From an uncultured Acidobacteriota bacterium (GTDB lineage Bacteria > Acidobacteriota > Vicinamibacteria > Fen-336): a stretch of 64,000 nucleotides of DNA. The translations under genes and the position numbers were made by a program. The stretch's first letter is position 1; every line of letters begins with the position of its first letter. The notes under the pieces were generated by a model. The model saw nothing but the letters and a program-made list of their open reading frames with translations, made no database searches and had not been told where the DNA came from. Of the stretch, positions 56,533 to 64,000 are shown piece after piece. The stretch is taken from assembly GCA_963720545.1 (NCBI GenBank), contig OY970399.1, positions 3,872,001 to 3,936,000 of the forward strand, given 5' to 3'.

Positions 56533-58650
56533 CTGGCCCTCGACACGACCGCACTCGACACGCCGGTCCAGTTCGTCAAGGGAGTCGGCCCGCAGCGCGC
56601 TGCCGCGCTCGCCAAGGAGGGCATCCACACCGTCTCCGACCTGCTGTGGCGGCTGCCGTTTCGCTACGAAGACCGCAGCCGCTTCGTGCCGGTGCGGGCG
56701 CTGCGCGCCGGCGAAAAGGCGCTCGTCGCCGGACGGGTCGCCGTGTGCGGCCTGCGGCGGATCCGGCGCCTGAGCCTGTTCGAGGCGCGCATCGAGGACG
56801 CGGCCGGCGATCGCCTCAAGGTGCTCTGGTTCAACCAGCCCTATCTCGCCGACAGCATCGAGCGCGGCACGAACCTGGTGCTCTACGGCGCCGTCGAGCG
56901 CGACACTCGCGGCGGCTCGCTGATGCTCTCGTCGCCGGAGTTCGAGATCGTCGACGACGCGGACGAGCCGGCATCGGTGCACGTCGGCCGCATCGTGCCG
57001 ATCTACGAGCGCTTCGCGGGGCTCGGCGGCCGGCAGGTGCGCCGGCTGCTCGCGGCGGTGATCGCGGGGCTGCCCGACGAGCTGCCCGACTCGCTGCCGC
57101 AGGAAGCGCGGCGAGCGCTCGGCACAGAGCCGCTCGCCGCCGCGTTTCGCGCGGTGCACCGGCCGCCGGACGATGCGGACCTGGCGCTCCTCAACCGCTT
57201 CCGCGGGCCGGGCCACCTGCGCCTCATCCTCGAGGAGCTGTTCTTGTTCCAGCTCGGCCTCGCGGCGCGGCGCTCGGCGGTGAAGCATTCGCCGAAGGGC
57301 ATCGCCTTCGCCATCACCGACGCCACGCGCGAAGCGGTCAAGGCGATCCTGCCGTTCCACCTGACCGGCGCGCAACGGCGCGTGCTGCAGGAGATCGCCG
57401 ACGACATGAAGTCGCCGCACCCGATGCACCGCCTGGTGCAGGGCGACGTCGGCTCCGGCAAGACGATCGTCGCGCTGCTGGCGATGGTGATCGCGGTCGA
57501 GAACGGCTACCAGGCCGCCTTCATGGCGCCGACCGAGATACTGGCCGAGCAGCACTTCCTGAACTTCAAGCGGCTGCTGCGCCGCCGCCCCTATGCCGCC
57601 GAGGCGCTGACCGGCGGCCTCACGAAGAAAGAGCGCGGCGCGCTCCTCGAGCGCATCGCCGCAGGGGCGGCGCGCATCGTCGTGGGGACGCATGCGCTCA
57701 TCCAGGAGAGCGTGCGCTTCCAGCGTCTCGGCCTCGCCGTGGTGGACGAGCAGCACCGCTTCGGCGTGCTGCAGCGCGACGAGCTGCAGAAGAAGGGCTA
57801 CGACGTGGACGTCCTCATCATGACGGCGACGCCGATCCCGCGCACGCTCTCGCTCACGGCCTACGGCGATCTCGACATCTCGGTGCTCGACGAGAAGCCG
57901 CCCGGCCGCACGCCGATCGTCACCAGCCAGCACCCGGCCGGAGAGCGCGCGCGGGTGGTGGCCGCCGTGCGCGAGGAACTCGGCGCCGGGCGCCGCGCCT
58001 ACATCGTGTACCCGCTGGTCGCCGAGTCGGAAAAGCTCGAGGACGTGAACGCGGCCACCGCCATGGCCGTCGAGTGGCAGCGCCTGCTCCCCGGGAACAC
58101 CGTGGCGCTGCTGCACGGCCGCATGAAGAGTGCCGACAAGGAAGCGGTGATGGCCGACTTCGCCGCCGGCCGTGCGCAGGTGCTGGTCGCGACCAGCGTC
58201 ATCGAGGTGGGGGTGGACGTTCCCGAGGCGACGCTCATGGTCATCGAACATGCCGAACGCTTTGGCCTGGCCCAGCTCCACCAGCTGCGCGGTCGCGTCG
58301 GCCGCGGCGCGGCGCGCTCGCGCTGCCTGCTCGTGACCCACGGCCGGTTGTCGGAGATCGCGCGCCAGCGGCTCGACACGCTCTGCGCCAGCACCGACGG
58401 CTTCGCCATCGCCGAGGCCGACCTGTTGATCCGCGGGCCGGGCGACTTCTTCGGCACGCGCCAGTGGGGCATGCCGCAGTTCCGCGCCACCAACCTGCTG
58501 CGCGACCGCGACCTGCTGGAGCAGGCGCGCGCGCACGCGCAGGCGCTCTACCCGCAGGCGGCCGCCGGCGTGGGCGAGTGGGCGCCGCTGCGGAAATTTC
58601 TCGAGGACGGCGGCTGGGCGCGGCGTTTCGGACTGGCCGTGGTCGGGTAG
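56533..58650 (+). CDS. recG: ATP-dependent DNA helicase RecG (apparent CTG start)
   Basis: [42 protein letters not shown]. Confidence 0.96.
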   Translation: MALDTTALDTPVQFVKGVGPQRAAALAKEGIHTVSDLLWRLPFRYEDRSRFVPVRALRAGEKALVAGRVAVCGLRRIRRLSLFEARIEDAAGDRLKVLWFNQPYLADSIERGTNLVLYGAVERDTRGGSLMLSSPEFEIVDDADEPASVHVGRIVPIYERFAGLGGRQVRRLLAAVIAGLPDELPDSLPQEARRALGTEPLAAAFRAVHRPPDDADLALLNRFRGPGHLRLILEELFLFQLGLAARRSAVKHSPKGIAFAITDATREAVKAILPFHLTGAQRRVLQEIADDMKSPHPMHRLVQGDVGSGKTIVALLAMVIAVENGYQAAFMAPTEILAEQHFLNFKRLLRRRPYAAEALTGGLTKKERGALLERIAAGAARIVVGTHALIQESVRFQRLGLAVVDEQHRFGVLQRDELQKKGYDVDVLIMTATPIPRTLSLTAYGDLDISVLDEKPPGRTPIVTSQHPAGERARVVAAVREELGAGRRAYIVYPLVAESEKLEDVNAATAMAVEWQRLLPGNTVALLHGRMKSADKEAVMADFAAGRAQVLVATSVIEVGVDVPEATLMVIEHAERFGLAQLHQLRGRVGRGAARSRCLLVTHGRLSEIARQRLDTLCASTDGFAIAEADLLIRGPGDFFGTRQWGMPQFRATNLLRDRDLLEQARAHAQALYPQAAAGVGEWAPLRKFLEDGGWARRFGLAVVG

Positions 58651-58653
58651 GCG

Positions 58654-59211
58654 ATGCCGCGGATCCTGGGCGGCAGCGGACGCGGGCGGCGCCTCGGTTC
58701 GCCGCGCGGTGCGGCGGTGCGTCCCACCGGCGCGCGCGTGCGGCAGAGCCTCTTCGACATCCTCGCGGCGCGCCTGCCGGGCGCCGCGTTCCTCGATCTG
58801 TGCGCCGGCAGCGGTGCCATCGGCCTCGAAGCGCTGTCGCGCGGCGCGGCACGCGCCGTGTTCGTGGACAAGGCAGGCTCCGCCGCGGCGCTCGTCGCAA
58901 AGAACCTGCGCCTGAGTGGCGAGGTGGCGCCGCGCGGCACGGTAATCCGGGCGGACGCGCTCGCCGCACTGAAGACATTGGCAAGCGCCGGCGAACGGTT
59001 CGACATCGTGTTCTTCGACCCGCCTTACGAGAGCGCGCTCTACGAGCCGGTGCTCGAGCGGGCCGGCCGAGGCGAGCTGCTGGCCGCGGGCGGGCTGCTG
59101 ATCGCGGAACACTTCCACAAGCGGGCGCTGCCGGAGACAATAGGCGGGCTCGCGCGCACCCGCCAGGTGAAGGTTTCGGATCACGTGCTGTCGTTCTACG
59201 AGGTGCCATGA
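58654..59211 (+). CDS. rsmD: 16S rRNA (guanine(966)-N2)-methyltransferase
   Basis: [26 protein letters not shown]. Confidence 0.93.
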   Translation: MPRILGGSGRGRRLGSPRGAAVRPTGARVRQSLFDILAARLPGAAFLDLCAGSGAIGLEALSRGAARAVFVDKAGSAAALVAKNLRLSGEVAPRGTVIRADALAALKTLASAGERFDIVFFDPPYESALYEPVLERAGRGELLAAGGLLIAEHFHKRALPETIGGLARTRQVKVSDHVLSFYEVP

Positions 59212-59699
59212 CCAACAAGCGGATCGCCCTCTTTCCAGGCTCTTTCGATCCCATCACCAACGGCCATGTGGACATCATCGGCCGCGGCCTCACGGTGTTC
59301 GACGAGGTCATCGTCGCGATCCTGGTGAACACCGAAAAGACGCCGCTGTTCACGGTCGAGGAGCGCGTCGCGATCATCGAGGACGCTTTCTCGGGCGAGT
59401 CGCGCCTGCGGGTCGCGAGCTTCTCCGGGCTGCTCGTCGACTACGCGCGCAAGGCGTCCGCCTCGGTGATCGTGCGCGGCCTGCGCGCCGTCTCCGACTT
59501 CGAGTACGAGTTCCAGATGGCGCTCATGAACCGCCGCCTCGACCCGGCGATCGAGACCGTGTTCATGATGCCGGCCGAGCAGTACTCGTACCTGTCCTCG
59601 CGGCTCGTCAAGGAAGTGGCGCAGCTCGGCGGCGACGTCAGCGGTTTGGTGCCGCCGGGGGTCGCCGCGGCGCTTGCGGGCAAGTTGAAGAAATCCTGA
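59208..59699 (+). CDS. coaD: Phosphopantetheine adenylyltransferase
   Basis: [32 protein letters not shown]. Confidence 0.97.
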   Translation: MTNKRIALFPGSFDPITNGHVDIIGRGLTVFDEVIVAILVNTEKTPLFTVEERVAIIEDAFSGESRLRVASFSGLLVDYARKASASVIVRGLRAVSDFEYEFQMALMNRRLDPAIETVFMMPAEQYSYLSSRLVKEVAQLGGDVSGLVPPGVAAALAGKLKKS

Positions 59700-59765
59700 G
59701 CGGCCTTGTAAGAAACCGCCGGTCCCGTTCGTAGTTACAGGCAGGAGCGCCCATTCCGGGCGGCC

Positions 59766-60308
59766 ATGGGCAAGAGCCGTAACCATGAATTTGACGAGCT
59801 TTACGGGGGGCACGCCACGCGGGTGCTCGCGGCTTGCCGCCGCCTCCTCGGCCCCGGAACCGGCGCCGAAGACGCCGCCCACGAGACCTTCCTGCGCGCC
59901 GGGCGCGGCTTCGAAAGCTACGAGCCGGAGCGGCCGTTCGCACCCTGGGTGCTGCGCATCGCGGCCAACGTCTGCCTCGACGAGCTGCGCCGCCGCAAGC
60001 GCGACGCGCAGCTCTTCGCACCGATCGACGCCGACCGCGAAGGTCGGGAACTCGCCGACGGCGGGGGCGCCAGCGCTTCGCCGCTGTCGCAGGCACTCGC
60101 AGCGGAAGAGCGGGAACTGCTGCGCCGCGCCCTCGACGCGCTACCCGATCGGGAGCGGGCTCTGATGACCCTGCGCTACGAGGCTGAGATGAGCTACGAC
60201 GAGATCGGCCGCGCCGTCTCGCTCACGCCGGCGAACGTCGGCGTCATCATCCACCGGGTCAAGCTGCGGCTGCGCGCCGCTCTCGGCGAAACGCTGGGGC
60301 GGCGATGA
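59766..60308 (+). CDS. ECF RNA polymerase sigma factor
   Basis: AEDAAHETFLRA, WVLRIAANVCLD, MSYDEIG. Confidence 0.92.
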   Translation: MGKSRNHEFDELYGGHATRVLAACRRLLGPGTGAEDAAHETFLRAGRGFESYEPERPFAPWVLRIAANVCLDELRRRKRDAQLFAPIDADREGRELADGGGASASPLSQALAAEERELLRRALDALPDRERALMTLRYEAEMSYDEIGRAVSLTPANVGVIIHRVKLRLRAALGETLGRR

Positions 60309-61927
60309 GCATCGAATCGATCGTCACCTGCCGCGACGACCTGACGCTGAGCCTGCATGCCGAAGGTGCGCTCACCGGCGAGGAGGCGTGGCGCATCAAG
60401 TCGCATGTGCAGCACTGCGGGCGGTGCACCCGCCGGCTTGCGGAGCTGGCCGCAGAAGACGCGGTGCTGGCCGAGGCACTCGCGGGTACGGTGCGCCGCG
60501 TGTCCTTCCTGCAGCGCTTCGGGCCGTGGGCGGCGGCGCTTGGCGTGCTGCTCGCGGGCCGGCTCGGACTGCAACTCCTCGACGACACCTGGGACGAGGC
60601 GCTCGGCGCGCTCAACCTGCAGTGGTTCGATCCGCGTGGTTCGCAGATGGCCGGAAATGCGCTCTACAGCGCTTTGTTCTTTGTGACGAGGGAAGCCATG
60701 GACTGGTTGAGTTCCTACCTGCTGCCGGTGGCGTCGGTGCTTGCCGGCGCGTCGATCGTGGGCCTGTTGCTGTGGTCGCTGCGGCGCACGCGGCTGCCGC
60801 GGGTGGCCGCAGCGTTCGCATTTTCGCTCGCGTGTCTCTTGGTCACAGCCGCGCCCGCCGCGGCCATGACGGTGCGCAAGGGCGAGGACGTCACCGTGCC
60901 GGCAGGGGAGACGCTGCACGATTCGCTGATCGCCGCCGGCGAGGTGGTGCGCATCGACGGCATCGTCGAAGGCGACGTGGTGGTGTTCGCGGGGCGTGTG
61001 GTGGTGAAGGGCACGATCACCGGCAACCTGGTGGCCTGGACCCAGCGCCTGCAGCTCGACGGCACCGTGTCCGGCACGGTGTTCGCCGGCGCGCAGCAAG
61101 TCGCCCTGGCCGGCGGGGTCGGCAGGAACGCGTTCACGTTCGCGCAGACGGCGACGCTCCCGCCCGGCGGCCGCGTGGACGGCGACCTCATCAGCTGGGT
61201 GCAGGATCTCGCGGTCGACGGCCGTGTGGGCCGCGACTTGTGGGCGATGTCGGAAACGCCGACGGTGTCGGGCGAAGTCGGCCGCAACGTCAGGGCAAAG
61301 ACCAGGCGGCTGCACCTCCTCGGCACGGCGAAGGTCGCCGGCGACGTGTCGGCGATCGTCCCGGCCACCGACCGCGTGGTCGTCGACCAGGGGGCTTCCA
61401 TTGGCGGGAAGGTGAGTGCCGAGCTGCCCGAGCCGAAGAGCCGCAAGAAGGTGTGGCTATGGCGCCTGGTCGGCCTGGGAGCGGCGCTCTTCACCGGTCT
61501 CTTCCTTGCGTGGCTGGCGCCCGCCACCACCACCGGCCCGGTCGACACGCTGCGCGTCCTGGGCCAGGCATGGGGGCGCGGCGCGATCGTGCTGTTCGTG
61601 TTGATCGCCGCGACCATTGTGCTGTGCGTGACCCTCGTGGGCCTGCCGCTCGGCCTCGCGTCGCTGGCGGTCTTCGTCTTCGCGCTCTATACCGGGCCCA
61701 TCGTGCTCGCGGGCGCCATCGGCCGCAAGCTGCTGGGGGCTCCGGCCGGCCTCAACGCCCGCTACGCGCTGGGGCTCGTCGCCGGCCTGGTGCTGTTGAC
61801 GATCGCGCTGCAGATGCCGTTCGTCGGCGTTTTGACCAGGCTGATTGCGACGCCGCTCGGCGTCGGCATGGCGTACACCGCGCTGCGGGCGCGCTGGGCG
61901 ACGGCGACGACGGCGGAGAGGGCCTAG
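60305..61927 (+). CDS. Anti-sigma factor: zf-HC2 + beta-helix (bactofilin-like) repeats + multi-TM domain
   Basis: HVQHCGRC; repeated IDGIVEGD/LDGTVSG/VDGRVGRD; C-terminal TM helices. Confidence 0.82.
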   Translation: MSIESIVTCRDDLTLSLHAEGALTGEEAWRIKSHVQHCGRCTRRLAELAAEDAVLAEALAGTVRRVSFLQRFGPWAAALGVLLAGRLGLQLLDDTWDEALGALNLQWFDPRGSQMAGNALYSALFFVTREAMDWLSSYLLPVASVLAGASIVGLLLWSLRRTRLPRVAAAFAFSLACLLVTAAPAAAMTVRKGEDVTVPAGETLHDSLIAAGEVVRIDGIVEGDVVVFAGRVVVKGTITGNLVAWTQRLQLDGTVSGTVFAGAQQVALAGGVGRNAFTFAQTATLPPGGRVDGDLISWVQDLAVDGRVGRDLWAMSETPTVSGEVGRNVRAKTRRLHLLGTAKVAGDVSAIVPATDRVVVDQGASIGGKVSAELPEPKSRKKVWLWRLVGLGAALFTGLFLAWLAPATTTGPVDTLRVLGQAWGRGAIVLFVLIAATIVLCVTLVGLPLGLASLAVFVFALYTGPIVLAGAIGRKLLGAPAGLNARYALGLVAGLVLLTIALQMPFVGVLTRLIATPLGVGMAYTALRARWATATTAERA

Positions 61928-62340
61928 CGGCAGCGCGGCGCGAACGCGCGGTTGCCGACAACGCCGCGGACGCCGTGGAACGAACGAAACTGGGATGGCC
62001 GCGGCGCGTAGCCGTAGCCCGACTGAAAACCGTAGCCGTAATAGCCGTATCCGTAGCCGTGCGCTGGGCCGCTCGGTTCGCTGCTGCGATAGAACGACGA
62101 GATCGAACGCGGGTCGATCGTGACCCGTCCGTCCTCGTCCTCGAAGCGCGGCGCCGCGGGGCCCGCGCCGTCGGCACGGTAGTAAGAAGAAATCTCGTAG
62201 GGATCGCGCAGCACGCGAACGTGAGGCCTGGGCGCCGCTTCTTCGGCCGCGGCTTCCTGAGGCTGAACCTGCGCCTGAGTTTCGCCCGCGAAGACCGGCG
62301 GTGCGGCAAGAAGCAACGTCGCAAGCAGCGTCAGTCTCAT
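61924..62340 (-). CDS. Small exported hypothetical protein with internal repeat
   Basis: Signal peptide; DPYEISSYYR / DPRSISSFYR; GY-rich tail. Confidence 0.65.
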   Translation of the reverse strand: MRLTLLATLLLAAPPVFAGETQAQVQPQEAAAEEAAPRPHVRVLRDPYEISSYYRADGAGPAAPRFEDEDGRVTIDPRSISSFYRSSEPSGPAHGYGYGYYGYGFQSGYGYAPRPSQFRSFHGVRGVVGNRAFAPRCR

Positions 62341-62545
62341 GGCGAAAACCTCTCTCTGACAATCTACGCGCCAGCCCGCGCGTTGTTCGCTGCCGAAGCA
62401 GCGCGTGTGAGCGCTGGCACAAGCAATGATGAAGTGCCGCGCAGACGGCCAAAGTATAATGACGGACCCACGAACCTCAGAAACGCAAATCGCATGCCGC
62501 CGTCATGCTGCTGTTACAGAGTGCAAACAGCAAGAAGTCGTCGGC

Positions 62546-62610
62546 AAGCAACAACTTAGCAACACGATCGGGCGACTTTGCACAGGCTTTTCCACAGAAA
62601 CTGTGGAAGC
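62546..62610. promoter_or_regulatory. IHF-like site plus DnaA-box-like cluster
   Basis: AAGCAACAACTTA (62546-58); CTTTGCACA (62576), TTTTCCACA (62588), inverted TGTGGAAGC (62602). Confidence 0.45.
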
Positions 62611-62656
62611 TCACAAAATCTCCCAGCGACGGTTCAGAAAGGCGCCTGCTCACTCC

Positions 62657-63817
62657 ATGCTCAAGAAGGAAAGGCTCTTCACTCCCGGCCCGACGCCTTT
62701 GTCGCCGGAAGTCCAGCTGGCGATGGCGCGCCCGATCGTCCATCACCGCACCGACGAGTTCCGCAAGATCTTCCGCGACGCCGCGGCGCGGCTGCAATCG
62801 TTCCTGAAGACGAAGCACGACGTGCTGCTGCTCGCCGCGTCCGGCAGCGGCGCGATGGAAGCGGCCGTCGTCAACACGATGTCGCCGGGCGACACCATGC
62901 TGGCGCTGGTCGCCGGCAGCTTCGGCGAGCGCTGGGCGGCGATCGGCAAGGCGCACGGCATGAACGTCGTGACGATCGACGCCGAGTGGGGCGAGGCGGT
63001 CGCTCCCGCGGCCGTCAAGGCCGCTCTCGATGCCAATCCGTCGATCCGCGGCGTGTTCGTGCAGCTGAACGAGTCGTCTACCGGGGCAAAGCACGACATC
63101 GAAGGCATCGGCGCCGTGGTCAAGGGGCGGCCCGACACGCTGCTGGTGGTGGACGCCATCTCCGGCGCGGGCGCGATGGCGCTCGACACCGACGCCTGGG
63201 GTGTGGACATCGCGGTCGTCGGCAGCCAGAAGTCGCTCGCGCTGCCGCCCGGCCTGGTCTTCCTGGCCGTCAGTCCGGATGCCTGGAAGCGAATCGACCA
63301 AAGCACCTCGCCGCGCTTCTATTTCGACCTGCGCCGCGAATTCAAGGTCCAGCCGACCGGCGAATCCTCGTTCACGCCCGCGATTTCCATCATCGTGGCG
63401 CTCGGCGCCGCTCTCGACAACGTCGACAAGCTGGGCGGAGTCGACGCGCTCGTCGAGAACGCAGCCACCTTGGCGGCCATGATGCGCGCCGCCGCCGCGG
63501 CGCTAGGCATGCCGCTGCTTTCGCCCACCGCGCACGGCGATGCCTTGAGCGCGCTGCGGCCGCCACCGGGCATCGACGCCTCGGCCATCGTGAAAGGGCT
63601 GAAAGCGGAGTTCCGCTCGACGGTCGCCGGCGGCCAGGGCAAGCTGAAGGGCGAGATCATCCGAGTCGCGCACCTCGGCTACTACGACGTCACGGACATC
63701 CTCGGCCTCATCGGCACGCTCGAGATCGTCCTGCACCGACTGGGCCACAAGATGGCTCTGGGTGCCGGATCCGCGGCAGCCGTTGGCGCATACCTGAAGC
63801 GCCGGCCCAAGGCATGA
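62657..63817 (+). CDS. Class V aminotransferase (serine-pyruvate/alanine-glyoxylate family)
   Basis: LFTPGPT, SGSGAMEAA, VVDAIS, GSQKSLALPPG, GGQGKLKG. Confidence 0.93.
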   Translation: MLKKERLFTPGPTPLSPEVQLAMARPIVHHRTDEFRKIFRDAAARLQSFLKTKHDVLLLAASGSGAMEAAVVNTMSPGDTMLALVAGSFGERWAAIGKAHGMNVVTIDAEWGEAVAPAAVKAALDANPSIRGVFVQLNESSTGAKHDIEGIGAVVKGRPDTLLVVDAISGAGAMALDTDAWGVDIAVVGSQKSLALPPGLVFLAVSPDAWKRIDQSTSPRFYFDLRREFKVQPTGESSFTPAISIIVALGAALDNVDKLGGVDALVENAATLAAMMRAAAAALGMPLLSPTAHGDALSALRPPPGIDASAIVKGLKAEFRSTVAGGQGKLKGEIIRVAHLGYYDVTDILGLIGTLEIVLHRLGHKMALGAGSAAAVGAYLKRRPKA

Positions 63818-64000
63818 CCTACAAGATCCTGGTCCTCGAGGGCATCACCGAGCGGGGGCTCGAGGTGCTGAAGGCGGAAGGCTGGGAGGTCGACCAGCGC
63901 AAGGCGATGCCGGCGGCCGAGATCGCCGCCATCATCGAGCCGTTCCATGCCCTGACGATCCGTAGCGGCAGCAACATCAACGAAGCGGTGACGGCCGCGG
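63814..64000 (+). CDS. serA: D-3-phosphoglycerate dehydrogenase, N-terminal part (runs off the window end)
   Basis: MTYKILVLEGITERGLEVLKAEGWEVD...ALTIRSG; ATGA coupling to the aminotransferase, a common arrangement. Confidence 0.8.
   Translation, partial: MTYKILVLEGITERGLEVLKAEGWEVDQRKAMPAAEIAAIIEPFHALTIRSGSNINEAVTAA

Noticed and set aside
62341..62656. Replication origin oriC
   Set aside because: Only one exact DnaA box, no clear unwinding element and no dnaA/dnaN/gidA neighbours

Overview
High-GC bacterial chromosomal window, probably Acidobacteriota (inferred from two tandem Acidobacterial-type VWA proteins and the style of the interspersed repeats). Bases 1 to ~6.1 kb are a visibly lower-GC island of small stress-type genes (lmo0937-like, general-stress, BON, hemerythrin) with three sigma54-type promoters, a duplicated acidic-peptide/lipoprotein cassette and three paralogous small SH3-like proteins. 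The rest is mostly housekeeping or metabolic: paoABC-like aldehyde oxidoreductase, DAACS symporter, orphan pntA, mlaEFD + VWA, corA, GH57/glgB, IMPase-ADP-ribosylhydrolase fusion, lpxA, M16 peptidases, exeA/gspB-like pair, ABC-F, DEAD helicase, WYL regulator, recG-rsmD-coaD, ECF sigma/anti-sigma, aminotransferase-serA. The standout is a tightly spaced minus-strand operon (53262 to 47316): membrane-anchored peptidoglycan amidase, an actin-like ATPase resembling haloarchaeal volactin, a receptor-like TPR/Ig-TM-STAND ATPase and a second stand-alone STAND ATPase, followed by a surface S8 protease. Three families of structured intergenic repeats recur at ~10.2, 12.2 and 27.7 kb. Six genes are broken by single-base insertions, most likely sequencing or assembly errors. 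All family assignments come from motif recognition; no database searches were run.
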